DNA of 38,028 bases from Chlamydiota bacterium (GTDB lineage: Bacteria > Chlamydiota > Chlamydiia > Chlamydiales > SM23-39), in NCBI GenBank assembly GCA_039179045.1, contig JBCDEZ010000007.1, forward strand, positions 1 to 38,028, written 5' to 3'. The stretch's first letter is position 1, and each line of letters starts with the position of its first letter. The position numbers were made by a program, and so were the translations under genes. This document shows, one piece after another, positions 9,493-17,916 of the stretch. The notes beneath the pieces were generated by a model. The model did no database searches and was not told where the DNA came from. It was given only the letters and a program-made list of their open reading frames with translations.

Positions 9493-12140
9493 GCGACCTT
9501 TACATCGTAGATGCCGTCAATTATGTATTTCGCTCTTACTATGCTATTGGAGCGATGACAAACCGCGAGGGAGTCCCAACCGGCGGTCTCTACGGCTTCA
9601 TTCGCTCCTTGGAGAAACTTTTTAAGACCTATTCGCCGCAGCATTTTGTTGCTGTATTCGACGGACCTGACAATGCGCAACGTCGACAGGCTCTTTATCC
9701 TGATTACAAAATGCACCGAAAAAAGGCACCCGAAGATCTCTACTCGCAGATCGGCTGGGCCTACGAGTTTTGTGAAAAAGCAGGCATACCCTGCCTTTCT
9801 GTCTCGGGAGTAGAAGCAGACGACACGATGGCTACCGTCGCCCTATGGGCCAAAGAAGAAAAAAGGCGGGTGTATCTTTGTACAAGTGATAAAGATCTTC
9901 TGCAACTCATCTCAGAAGACGTCTATGTGATCAACATGCACAAAGACCTCCAACCAATCGATGCCGCCAAGGTAGAGGCCTCCTATGGAGTGAGACCCGA
10001 TCAGATGCTCGACCTTTTGGCCCTCATGGGAGATGCTTCCGATAACATACCAGGTCTAAGTGGATTTGGCTTAAAGACTGCCTCCCGTCTACTCAACAGT
10101 ATCGGCAGTTTGGAGTATCTACTCGACCATCCAGAGAAGGCTCCTGGAGCAAAAAAACAGGAAACGCTGCGTGAGGGAAGACAAATCGCGCTCCTCTCAA
10201 AACAGCTCGCGACTCTCTACACGGAAGTGCACATTCCCAAGGAGTGGTCGTTCTACAAGAGAAAAGACCCCGACACTCCCTCTCTTCAAGCTTTTTACCA
10301 GCAAATGGACTTCCACACCTTGCTCAAAGAGCTGCCTGCAAAGGCAAAAGACAGCGCGAAAGAGGAGGACCTCTCCTACACAATTCTTCATACGCATGCA
10401 GAGCTTGCGCAGGTGCTCGAGAAGCTGCAGACAGAGCCTTTTGTCGCCTTTGATGTGGAAACAACAAGCCTAGAGATTTTCGATGCAAAGATTGTCGGCT
10501 TGGGCCTCTCTTCTCAGAAGGGAACCGGCTACTATATACCAGGCGCCTTTTTCGAGGAGAAGTCCTCTTTTGCCCTCCTGAAAGACTGGTTCATGCAGCC
10601 CCAAATTGGTTTTATAGCGCACCATGCCAAATACGATTTGCACATCTTGAAAAGCGTTGGGATCGAAGTAAAAACGATCGCATTTGATACAATGATTGCC
10701 TCGCACCTCCTTTATCCAGGCAAGCGCAAGCACACTTTGAGCGCTCTTTGCCTCGAGTACTTCGACAAGAACAAGGAGAGTTTTCAAGATCTCTTTCCTG
10801 GGAAAAAAAAGATCGGCTCCTTAGCAGATCTTCCGGTAGAAAGAGTGGGGCGTTACTGCTGCGAGGACGTCGACTATACTTTTCGCTTAGCCGAAGTCTT
10901 CCGAGAAGAAATCCGAAAGCACGGGTTAGAAAAGGTCTTCTACGAGATCGAGATCCCTTTGATTGCGGTGCTTGTTGAGATGGAGCAAGCAGGTATCTTT
11001 CTCGATACCTCCCTACTCGGAAAACTCTGTGATGAGCTTTTGAAAAGGTGTTCTTCATTGGAAGAGAAAATCTACGAGGAGGCAGGATCGGTTTTCAACA
11101 TGCAGTCGCCGAAACAGCTCAGCGAGGTTCTCTTCACCAAGCTAGGCATTCCTAAGCCGAAAAGAGCGAAAACAGCGACCGCAACAGGTGCCAAAATCCT
11201 TGAAAGGTTAGCCTCCCAGTTTCCGGTCGTAGAAAAAATTCTCGACTACCGGATGGTACACAAGCTCTTGTCGACCTACGCACTCGCTCTACCAAAAGCT
11301 GTGCATCCTAGAACGAAAAGGATCCACTGCACGTTCAACCAATCGGTTGTCTCAACAGGAAGAATCGCATCGCACAACCCCAACTTGCAAAACATCCCCG
11401 TCCGGTCGGAAGAAGGACGGAAGATACGACAAGCCTTCCGTCCAGAAAAACCAGACTGGTTCTATCTTGCTGCCGACTACTCACAAATTGAGCTGCGCCT
11501 TTTGGCTCACTTTAGCCAAGACGCCACCCTAATCGAAGCCTTTCTTAAAGGAAAAGATATCCATGCGTATACTGCCTCTTTGGTACATCAGGTTCCGATC
11601 GAAGAGGTCACCCGAGAGATGCGTCGCTCTGCGAAAGCGGTGAATTTCGGAATCGTCTACGGACAAAGCGCATTCGGACTATCCCAAGAGTTAGGTATTC
11701 CTCAAAAAGAAGCGGAAATCTTCATCGAAACCTACTTTGCTAGGTATCCTGGGGTTGCCGCGTATCTCAAAAGCGCAGTGGAAGAGGCAAAAGAACAAGG
11801 CTACTCCTCCACGATCATGCAAAGAAAACGCCCTCTTCCCGACCTCTACAGCAAAAATAGTATGATACAAAAAGCTGCACAGAGACTTGCGATCAACACG
11901 CCTCTCCAGGGAAGCGCGGCCGACCTCATCAAACTAGCTATGGTCACGATTGCAAAAAAGCTTACCTCGATGCAATCCCTCATGGTCTTGCAAGTACATG
12001 ACGAGCTGATCTTTGAGCTCCCCGAAGAGGAGCTCTCCCTACTCAGACCACTTGTGCAAGAGGCTATGGAGAACGCCTTGCCCCTACGTGTACCCCTTGT
12101 CGTCGATCTATCTATTGGCAAAAATTGGGCAGAATGTTAA
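9489..12140 (+). CDS. polA: DNA polymerase I
   Basis: 5'-3' exo (VEADD, TSDKD, GDASDNIPG), 3'-5' exo (FDVETT, KYD, YCCEDV), polymerase motifs ADYSQIELR, AKAVNFGIVYG, QVHDEL. Confidence 0.99.
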   Translation: MSDLYIVDAVNYVFRSYYAIGAMTNREGVPTGGLYGFIRSLEKLFKTYSPQHFVAVFDGPDNAQRRQALYPDYKMHRKKAPEDLYSQIGWAYEFCEKAGIPCLSVSGVEADDTMATVALWAKEEKRRVYLCTSDKDLLQLISEDVYVINMHKDLQPIDAAKVEASYGVRPDQMLDLLALMGDASDNIPGLSGFGLKTASRLLNSIGSLEYLLDHPEKAPGAKKQETLREGRQIALLSKQLATLYTEVHIPKEWSFYKRKDPDTPSLQAFYQQMDFHTLLKELPAKAKDSAKEEDLSYTILHTHAELAQVLEKLQTEPFVAFDVETTSLEIFDAKIVGLGLSSQKGTGYYIPGAFFEEKSSFALLKDWFMQPQIGFIAHHAKYDLHILKSVGIEVKTIAFDTMIASHLLYPGKRKHTLSALCLEYFDKNKESFQDLFPGKKKIGSLADLPVERVGRYCCEDVDYTFRLAEVFREEIRKHGLEKVFYEIEIPLIAVLVEMEQAGIFLDTSLLGKLCDELLKRCSSLEEKIYEEAGSVFNMQSPKQLSEVLFTKLGIPKPKRAKTATATGAKILERLASQFPVVEKILDYRMVHKLLSTYALALPKAVHPRTKRIHCTFNQSVVSTGRIASHNPNLQNIPVRSEEGRKIRQAFRPEKPDWFYLAADYSQIELRLLAHFSQDATLIEAFLKGKDIHAYTASLVHQVPIEEVTREMRRSAKAVNFGIVYGQSAFGLSQELGIPQKEAEIFIETYFARYPGVAAYLKSAVEEAKEQGYSSTIMQRKRPLPDLYSKNSMIQKAAQRLAINTPLQGSAADLIKLAMVTIAKKLTSMQSLMVLQVHDELIFELPEEELSLLRPLVQEAMENALPLRVPLVVDLSIGKNWAEC

Positions 12141-12730
12141 AATTAAAAAAAATAGCAATTACGGGTGCTGTTGCTGCTGGAAAGTCTTCCCTTTTAGAGA
12201 TGTTCCGAAACTGTAGCGCTTTTTGCCTCGATTGCGATCAAATTGTTCATCATTTAATCAAAAAAAAAGGAATTCTAAAGCAGAAAAGCCTCGCTTTGTT
12301 TGGGAGCAGCATCCTAGTAGGTGATGAAATCGACCGGCAAAAGCTAGCCAGTAAAGCATTTGTAGATCCTGCTAAGCTACGAGATTGGGAGAACATCGTC
12401 CACCCTCTAGTTCTTGAAGAGATTGTCTCTGTCTACCGCACACTCAATCCCATTTTTCCTCTTTTCGTAGTCGAGGTTCCTCTGCTGTTTGAATCTCCTT
12501 TGCAGGCTCTTCGGGATTTTTTTGACTACTGTATAGTGGTCATCGGTGTGCACGACAAAAAAAAAGTAGAAAAACGCTTCAATAAATCCCACTTTTCTCA
12601 AAGAAAAAACCGCCTGATATCTGATGAAGAGAAGGCAAAAAGAGCAGACTTTGTGGTCCACAACACAGGTTCCAAACAAGAATTGCAAAGAAAAGCGGAA
12701 CAACTTTACATCCAGCTGACTAAATCATAA
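12134..12730 (+). CDS. coaE: Dephospho-CoA kinase
   Basis: [40 protein letters not shown]; start overlaps the polA stop. Confidence 0.95.
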   Translation: MLKLKKIAITGAVAAGKSSLLEMFRNCSAFCLDCDQIVHHLIKKKGILKQKSLALFGSSILVGDEIDRQKLASKAFVDPAKLRDWENIVHPLVLEEIVSVYRTLNPIFPLFVVEVPLLFESPLQALRDFFDYCIVVIGVHDKKKVEKRFNKSHFSQRKNRLISDEEKAKRADFVVHNTGSKQELQRKAEQLYIQLTKS

Positions 12731-12750
12731 AACCAGGAGTACGTTTTCTC

Positions 12751-14088
12751 ATGAATGACAGCCAAAACCAGTCTCATCCTCAAGCGACCTTGTCGAAAGC
12801 AAAACCTGCTGAGAAAAAGTCTCCTCCCACGAAGAAAATCACGAACATCTCTGAACTGCAAAGAATGCGAATTGCCGAGCTCCAAGAGTTCGCAAAAAAG
12901 GCAGGATTGGAGTCGATGGGCTCTTTGACCCGATCGCAAATTGTCTTTGAGCTGGTCAAGCTGATCTCTAGTCGTCCCGACGAGGTCTTGTATGGGGAAG
13001 GTGTACTCGAAATTTTGCCCGACGGTTTTGGTTTTCTCCGCTCTCCCAATTACAACTACCTCCCCTCTGCCGAAGATATTTATGTATCCCCTGCGCAGAT
13101 TCGGCGTTTTGATTTACGGAAAGGAGACACTCTCTACGGCACCATCCGCTCTCCCAAAGAAAAGGAGAAGTACTTCGCGCTTCTCAAAGTAGAGACGATC
13201 AACAATCTCTCTCCAGAAAAGTCGAAAGAGCGCCTCTTGTTTTCCAACTTGACTCCTCTCTACCCACAAGATCGCTTAGTGATGGAAACTGAGCAAAACA
13301 AGTTCTCTACAAGGGTGCTCGACCTCCTAGCTCCCATCGGCAAGGGACAGCGCGCTCTCATCGTTGCACCTCCCAAGACGGGAAAAACGATTTTGATGAA
13401 GGAGATCGCGAACGCGATTGAGAAAAACAACCCAGAGGTCTACCTAATTGTTCTCCTCATCGGAGAGCGACCAGAAGAAGTGACTGATATGATCCGCACC
13501 GTAAACGGTGAGGTGATCTCCTCTACTTTTGATGAACCCCCAGAAAGGCATGTGCAAATTGCTGAAATGGTGATCGAAAAGTCGCGCCGCATGGTCGAAT
13601 CGGGATACGATGTGGTGATCCTTCTCGACTCTTTGACAAGGCTTGCGCGCGCTTACAACACCGTGCAACCCCATTCGGGCAAGATCTTGACCGGTGGTGT
13701 CGATGCGAATGCCTTGCACAAACCAAAACGGTTTTTCGGCTCTGCTCGCAATATCGAAAATGGCGGCTCTTTGACCATCATCGCCTCTGCCTTGATCGAT
13801 ACGGGATCACGTATGGAAGAGGTGATCTTCGAAGAGTTCAAAGGAACAGGGAATATGGAGCTCATTTTAGACCGCAGACTCTCCGAGGCAAGGAAGTACC
13901 CACCGTTTGATATGAGAAGTAGTACGCGACAAGAAAAACTGCTTTACCATCCACAGGAGCTCGAAAAGATCTACCTCCTACGCGCTGCTCTAGCCGACCT
14001 GACGCCTCAAGACGCATTCGATCTTTTGATGGGAAGGCTCAAGAAAACGAAGAACAACGCAGAATTTTTGCTCTCCATGAAGGAATAA
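12751..14088 (+). CDS. rho: Transcription termination factor Rho
   Basis: [61 protein letters not shown]. Confidence 0.98.
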   Translation: MNDSQNQSHPQATLSKAKPAEKKSPPTKKITNISELQRMRIAELQEFAKKAGLESMGSLTRSQIVFELVKLISSRPDEVLYGEGVLEILPDGFGFLRSPNYNYLPSAEDIYVSPAQIRRFDLRKGDTLYGTIRSPKEKEKYFALLKVETINNLSPEKSKERLLFSNLTPLYPQDRLVMETEQNKFSTRVLDLLAPIGKGQRALIVAPPKTGKTILMKEIANAIEKNNPEVYLIVLLIGERPEEVTDMIRTVNGEVISSTFDEPPERHVQIAEMVIEKSRRMVESGYDVVILLDSLTRLARAYNTVQPHSGKILTGGVDANALHKPKRFFGSARNIENGGSLTIIASALIDTGSRMEEVIFEEFKGTGNMELILDRRLSEARKYPPFDMRSSTRQEKLLYHPQELEKIYLLRAALADLTPQDAFDLLMGRLKKTKNNAEFLLSMKE

Positions 14089-14160
14089 GTTCTTTTCTAA
14101 AAACAGAAAATTTCCTATCTAGAAGAACATGGAGCCTGGAAGACAAAAAAAAGAGGAGCA

Positions 14161-15006
14161 ATGACGCGGATTATCTCATACTGCTTTTGCCTGTTCCTCT
14201 CCTTCGCCCTGCCCTATTGGGCTTGGGAGACGGTTCCTGAGTTCCGCTCGTTTGTGAACCAGTTGCTCTCTTTAGGGAAGTTCCAAACACTAGAGGTGCG
14301 CTACTCGCCCGAATCGATCATGGAGAGGAACCGCAGGCAGCTACTCCTCGACGCAGAGCACGCTTATCTAGAGCCGCAGCTCACTTTCTACCCCTACCTT
14401 CTCATGGAAGTGAAGTACACCGCACAAAATAGCCAGAAAACAGCGGAAGGGATTCTCCTTTGGAGCCTGATAGATGGGGAGATGGTGATCAACACTTCCA
14501 ATTGGCAAGAGACGCACGGTTTTAGCGATTGCATCTACGCACGCGCTGGAAAACAAGAGTTCAAAATCATCAATACCCTCGTAGATCATGGAGGAAGGCT
14601 AGACCGAGAGGGTCTTGTGAAAGCCTTGAAGAACGTAGAGAACGAAAAGCTCAACCTCATGTTGGAAAATTGCCGTAGAAAGAACCTCATTGTCCAAAAG
14701 GGCAACATCTACCGGCTCCACATGCAAGACCCGAAACTGGGAGTGCGGCCCATCACAAACATCGACCAGAGGCTTGTGACCAAACCGGCAAAAAAAGCAG
14801 AGCGGATGACAGCGCGCTTTCGTACAACGCATATCAAAGAAACCGCGAAAGCGGCCTTTGGAGAGGACTTTGCAATTCGCAAAGAGATGCTGGTCTATCT
14901 TCCGGTATACCTCATCACAGTCCAAAACCCTGATGGCTCGCAGATGACCACCTTTTGGAATGCCTTGAATGGCAAGCAGATTGACCAACCCTACTACTTA
15001 GGCTAA
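14161..15006 (+). CDS. Conserved hypothetical protein with N-terminal membrane anchor
   Basis: 281-aa ORF with GAGGAG RBS, hydrophobic N-terminus and a globular body; follows rho. Function not recognised. Confidence 0.8.
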   Translation: MTRIISYCFCLFLSFALPYWAWETVPEFRSFVNQLLSLGKFQTLEVRYSPESIMERNRRQLLLDAEHAYLEPQLTFYPYLLMEVKYTAQNSQKTAEGILLWSLIDGEMVINTSNWQETHGFSDCIYARAGKQEFKIINTLVDHGGRLDREGLVKALKNVENEKLNLMLENCRRKNLIVQKGNIYRLHMQDPKLGVRPITNIDQRLVTKPAKKAERMTARFRTTHIKETAKAAFGEDFAIRKEMLVYLPVYLITVQNPDGSQMTTFWNALNGKQIDQPYYLG

Positions 15007-15246
15007 ATACCTCTATTCTCTTACAACTTTCTCAGAAAACAGCTCCAATGTCTCTTGAGATCCTTCTACAGAAAAACTAGCCGAAAAAATCCAAAATCTG
15101 GCGAAAAAAGAGATCATCTCAAGAACTACGCACAATTGTTGCCCCTCTTTAGTTTCGTATAAACAGACAGAACTTACCCTGAATCGATTGCTCTCGCAAA
15201 AAACCTAAAATTTTTATGTACTTTAATCGAAATGCACAAATAAAAT

Positions 15247-16434
15247 ATGAGAAAAACATTGAGAATATGTGAGATGTGGATATTTCCAAATAGGGCGGCA
15301 GGAGACGATTATAAGGCGAGAGATCCCAGAAGCATACAACCTACCGATTATAAGGCGAGAGATCCCGTAATTCCTAGTTGCATACAACCTACCGGTGAAT
15401 TCCAACAGATTCATCCAATTGGTTTATCAGACATAAACAAAAAGAAGGTCCCCGCCCTTAAGATCGTAAAGAGTACTAATGAGGAAGAAAATTGTTGGCC
15501 AGAGAATAGAAATAACCAACTCAAGAAACTACCGGAGGGTTTGCAATTCCTCTATTTAGGGATCTTACCTGTCCGTGGTGGTTTGGAATCTTTGAGGTTT
15601 AGGGGAAGACTAGTTGTTTTGAAACGGCTAGAAATTACTGATCGAAGTCTGAGCAACGCTGATTTAGGAGCAATTGCGGCTCACACAAGTCAACTGGCCT
15701 GTTTGATTTTGAGAGGATTCACCCGTCCCTTGAACTTTGCTTGTATTGTGAGTAGCAAAGTTTTGTCCAAACTCAAACATCTTCATATAATCGCCGGTGA
15801 AGAAGGAAAAATTAGACAATTTGGAGTTTACGCCAATGTCCAATCTCCTGGGATAAAAGCACTAAACACTCTCTGGCTTTCCGGCAAGCTGCTTGAAGTT
15901 CCCCGTGTCGTTTACAAATGGGGGAAAACACTTCGGTGTGCGAATTTCCAAAACAACTGTTTGCAGGATCTACAGCCTGGCATGGCTGCACTTCAACATC
16001 TTGAGAAGTTATATTTGCAGGAGAACAATCTACAGCGGGTCCCTGAGGTTTTCCAACAATTTTGCCGTTTGACCGATATCGATTTGGGTAACAATCCTTT
16101 GACGAAAGTTAAATGGACGCAGTTTCCTACCAGTCTCAAGAAACTAAATCTAGGAGGGTGCTGTTTGCCAACTACGGTCACAAGAGAGTCTTTTTCGTTC
16201 CTGTGCCTTGAAGAAATCGGTTTATCCGACCAAAAAAAACCCCCAAGTAAGAACCATGGACCCATGCAGACCTCAAATTCGACTATCATCGCTAGTGGTC
16301 CTAGTATCACGCAAGGCTCTAATTGGAACTTAGGGCATGAAAGAAAAAATTCGTTACAACCGAATCAGGAAAAAGAGTCCTCCTCCCCTAGTCATGAAGA
16401 AAAACAAGAACGCTCATTTTGCACTTTGCAATAG
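15247..16434 (+). CDS. Leucine-rich repeat protein with C-terminal CaaX-like motif; candidate host-targeted effector
   Basis: LRRs such as LEKLYLQENNLQRVP, LTDIDLGNNPLTKV, LKKLNLGGCCL; S/Q/E-rich tail ending CTLQ-stop. Start may be ATG 15274. Confidence 0.8.
   Translation: MRKTLRICEMWIFPNRAAGDDYKARDPRSIQPTDYKARDPVIPSCIQPTGEFQQIHPIGLSDINKKKVPALKIVKSTNEEENCWPENRNNQLKKLPEGLQFLYLGILPVRGGLESLRFRGRLVVLKRLEITDRSLSNADLGAIAAHTSQLACLILRGFTRPLNFACIVSSKVLSKLKHLHIIAGEEGKIRQFGVYANVQSPGIKALNTLWLSGKLLEVPRVVYKWGKTLRCANFQNNCLQDLQPGMAALQHLEKLYLQENNLQRVPEVFQQFCRLTDIDLGNNPLTKVKWTQFPTSLKKLNLGGCCLPTTVTRESFSFLCLEEIGLSDQKKPPSKNHGPMQTSNSTIIASGPSITQGSNWNLGHERKNSLQPNQEKESSSPSHEEKQERSFCTLQ
15307..15394 (+). repeat. Short in-frame tandem duplication in the LRR gene 5' end
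   Basis: GATTATAAGGCGAGAGATCCC at 15307 and 15346; GCATACAACCTACC at 15332 and 15380; protein DYKARDPRSIQPT / DYKARDPVIPSCIQPT. Confidence 0.9.
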
Positions 16435-16632
16435 CTTAGTATTGAAAAATAGCCGGGAAGGTGCTGAGGCGCGGAGAGGTCGTGGTCTTCTTCTTTTTTA
16501 GAGACAAAAGGCAACTACCAAAAAACAGACCTCCAGTAATCGGCTTTATAATATGAATTTTCTTCATAGATCTGTGGGGGGATGCGCTCATTCGCGCACC
16601 AAATGGTAGGAAGGACACCTGAATTGACCGTG

Positions 16633-17220
16633 TCAGTAATTCCACCCTAGGGCTCCTCCCGCTGCAAGCCCATCTAGTTCCGCTTCTAAGTTCACTACAT
16701 TGGGTCTCGAATTGGAAAAATGCGCGCGCAGATACGTGTAATCCAAGAATAGATCGGCAACCATCCCATGAGCTGGATACAAAACAGCTCCCAGTTTGGC
16801 TACCCCTCCCAGGTCCCAACTAGTACGCCTCTGGTTTGCAAAAGAAGAGTTGTTCTGGATTTTTGTGTACGCTCCTACCGCTCCGAGACCAGAGTAGACA
16901 CCGAGGTACTCTCCTTTGAGGTAGTACTTCAATCCCAGTTTGAGCGGAAGAATGAAGAGCTCTGTTTCGCAGCCGAAGGGTGTAGAGTTGCCTGAGGCAA
17001 TCAGCGTTCCGTAACTGATCCAAGCATATAAGTCGTCGTAGACGCTCGTATCGAGTTCCAGCTCGTAGATACTCGCATCCGAGTAGATCTCTCTAAAACG
17101 GCTCGATGTTGGGTAGTAGTAAGCTCCTCTAACAGTAGTGTACGTGTCGGCATAAAGAATAGAGAAAAAAGCACAAAAAAAGAAAAAGCATGTGTTTTTT
17201 ATAAAAAAGGACAAGCGCAC
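16633..17220 (-). CDS. Small outer-membrane beta-barrel protein (8-strand OmpA/OmpW-like fold predicted)
   Basis: Signal peptide ending SILYA, alternating amphipathic strands (ILPLKLGLKYY, VYSGLGAVGAY, ADLFLDYTY), terminal aromatic residue (GGALGWNY). Confidence 0.8.
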   Translation of the reverse strand: MRLSFFIKNTCFFFFCAFFSILYADTYTTVRGAYYYPTSSRFREIYSDASIYELELDTSVYDDLYAWISYGTLIASGNSTPFGCETELFILPLKLGLKYYLKGEYLGVYSGLGAVGAYTKIQNNSSFANQRRTSWDLGGVAKLGAVLYPAHGMVADLFLDYTYLRAHFSNSRPNVVNLEAELDGLAAGGALGWNY

Positions 17221-17344
17221 CCCACTACTTATTTAACAAGAATTCCTACAATTTCCTTATTTTCATATTGTTTCAAAAAGAGAAAAATGACCAGAGAAAA
17301 AATTCGGGCGGGAAAAGTCCCTCAATAGATCCTTTAGTTTATAG

Positions 17345-17863
17345 CCCGCATTCCGCACCCTTTCATATTGACGCGTATATTTCTTCAAACGGGGACCTCA
17401 CTATTGCAAGTATATATGACGTTGAGTAGGGTCGAAGTTCAAAACGACCTCGTGTACTTGGGATGGATTCTTCTTGAGTAATAGATGCACCCCTTCAAAC
17501 ATTTGGAAAATCCATTGTAAACCCGGTTTTCCTGTCTGACTGGGTACTATCTTTCCTGTTTCTTTCAGTAGTCGTAGAAACGGTCCAAAGCCCTTCTTAA
17601 ACGGTCGTCATGGATCGCGCCGCCTAGTCCCTTCCGAGGACCCTGTCTAGACTCGCGAAAAACTGCTCTCCTAAATAGAGAGGTGAATCCCAGCTCGTTG
17701 CGTACCATAGTCCCATAATGGTCAGTAGTAATGGTCATCTGAGGATCCGAAAGAAGCAACTGGTCTACTGTCTGTTATAAACTTAAATACCTATGCAAAT
17801 GCATGTCCTTCAAAAAAAACTAAATTTCCTTACACATCTTGCGGAGGCGGTGCGGAATGTGGG
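17345..17863 (-). mobile_element. Internally deleted IS1634-family insertion sequence (non-autonomous relic, 519 bp)
   Basis: 15-bp terminal IRs CCCGCATTCCGCACC (17345-17359) / GGTGCGGAATGTGGG (17849-17863), 1 mismatch; flanking direct repeat TTATAG (17339-17344 and 17864-17869). Minus-strand fragments TTDHYG, MVRNELGFTS, HDDRLRRALDRFYDY and LKETGKIVPSQTGKP-LQWIFQMFEGVHLL...VVLNFDPTQRHI/LAIVRSPFEEIY resemble IS1634 transposase N- and C-termini. Confidence 0.88.
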
Positions 17864-17876
17864 TTATAGCAAACTG

Positions 17877-17908
17877 GGCAGAAAAGCCACGGCATAGTTT
17901 TTTCTGCC
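17877..17908 (-). terminator. Hairpin downstream of the NHL-repeat gene (possible terminator or processing stem)
   Basis: GGCAGAAAA...TTTTCTGCC 9-bp inverted repeat; no clear U-tract. Confidence 0.35.
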
Positions 17909-17916
17909 TTTGGAAA

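Noticed and set aside
15307..15394. CRISPR-like repeat
   Set aside because: Only two copies, in frame inside a CDS, no unique spacers, no cas genes.
16436..16819. 127-aa minus ORF, or its 43-51 aa tail, downstream of the barrel gene
   Set aside because: Mostly overlaps the barrel gene in another frame; the tail has no recognisable features.
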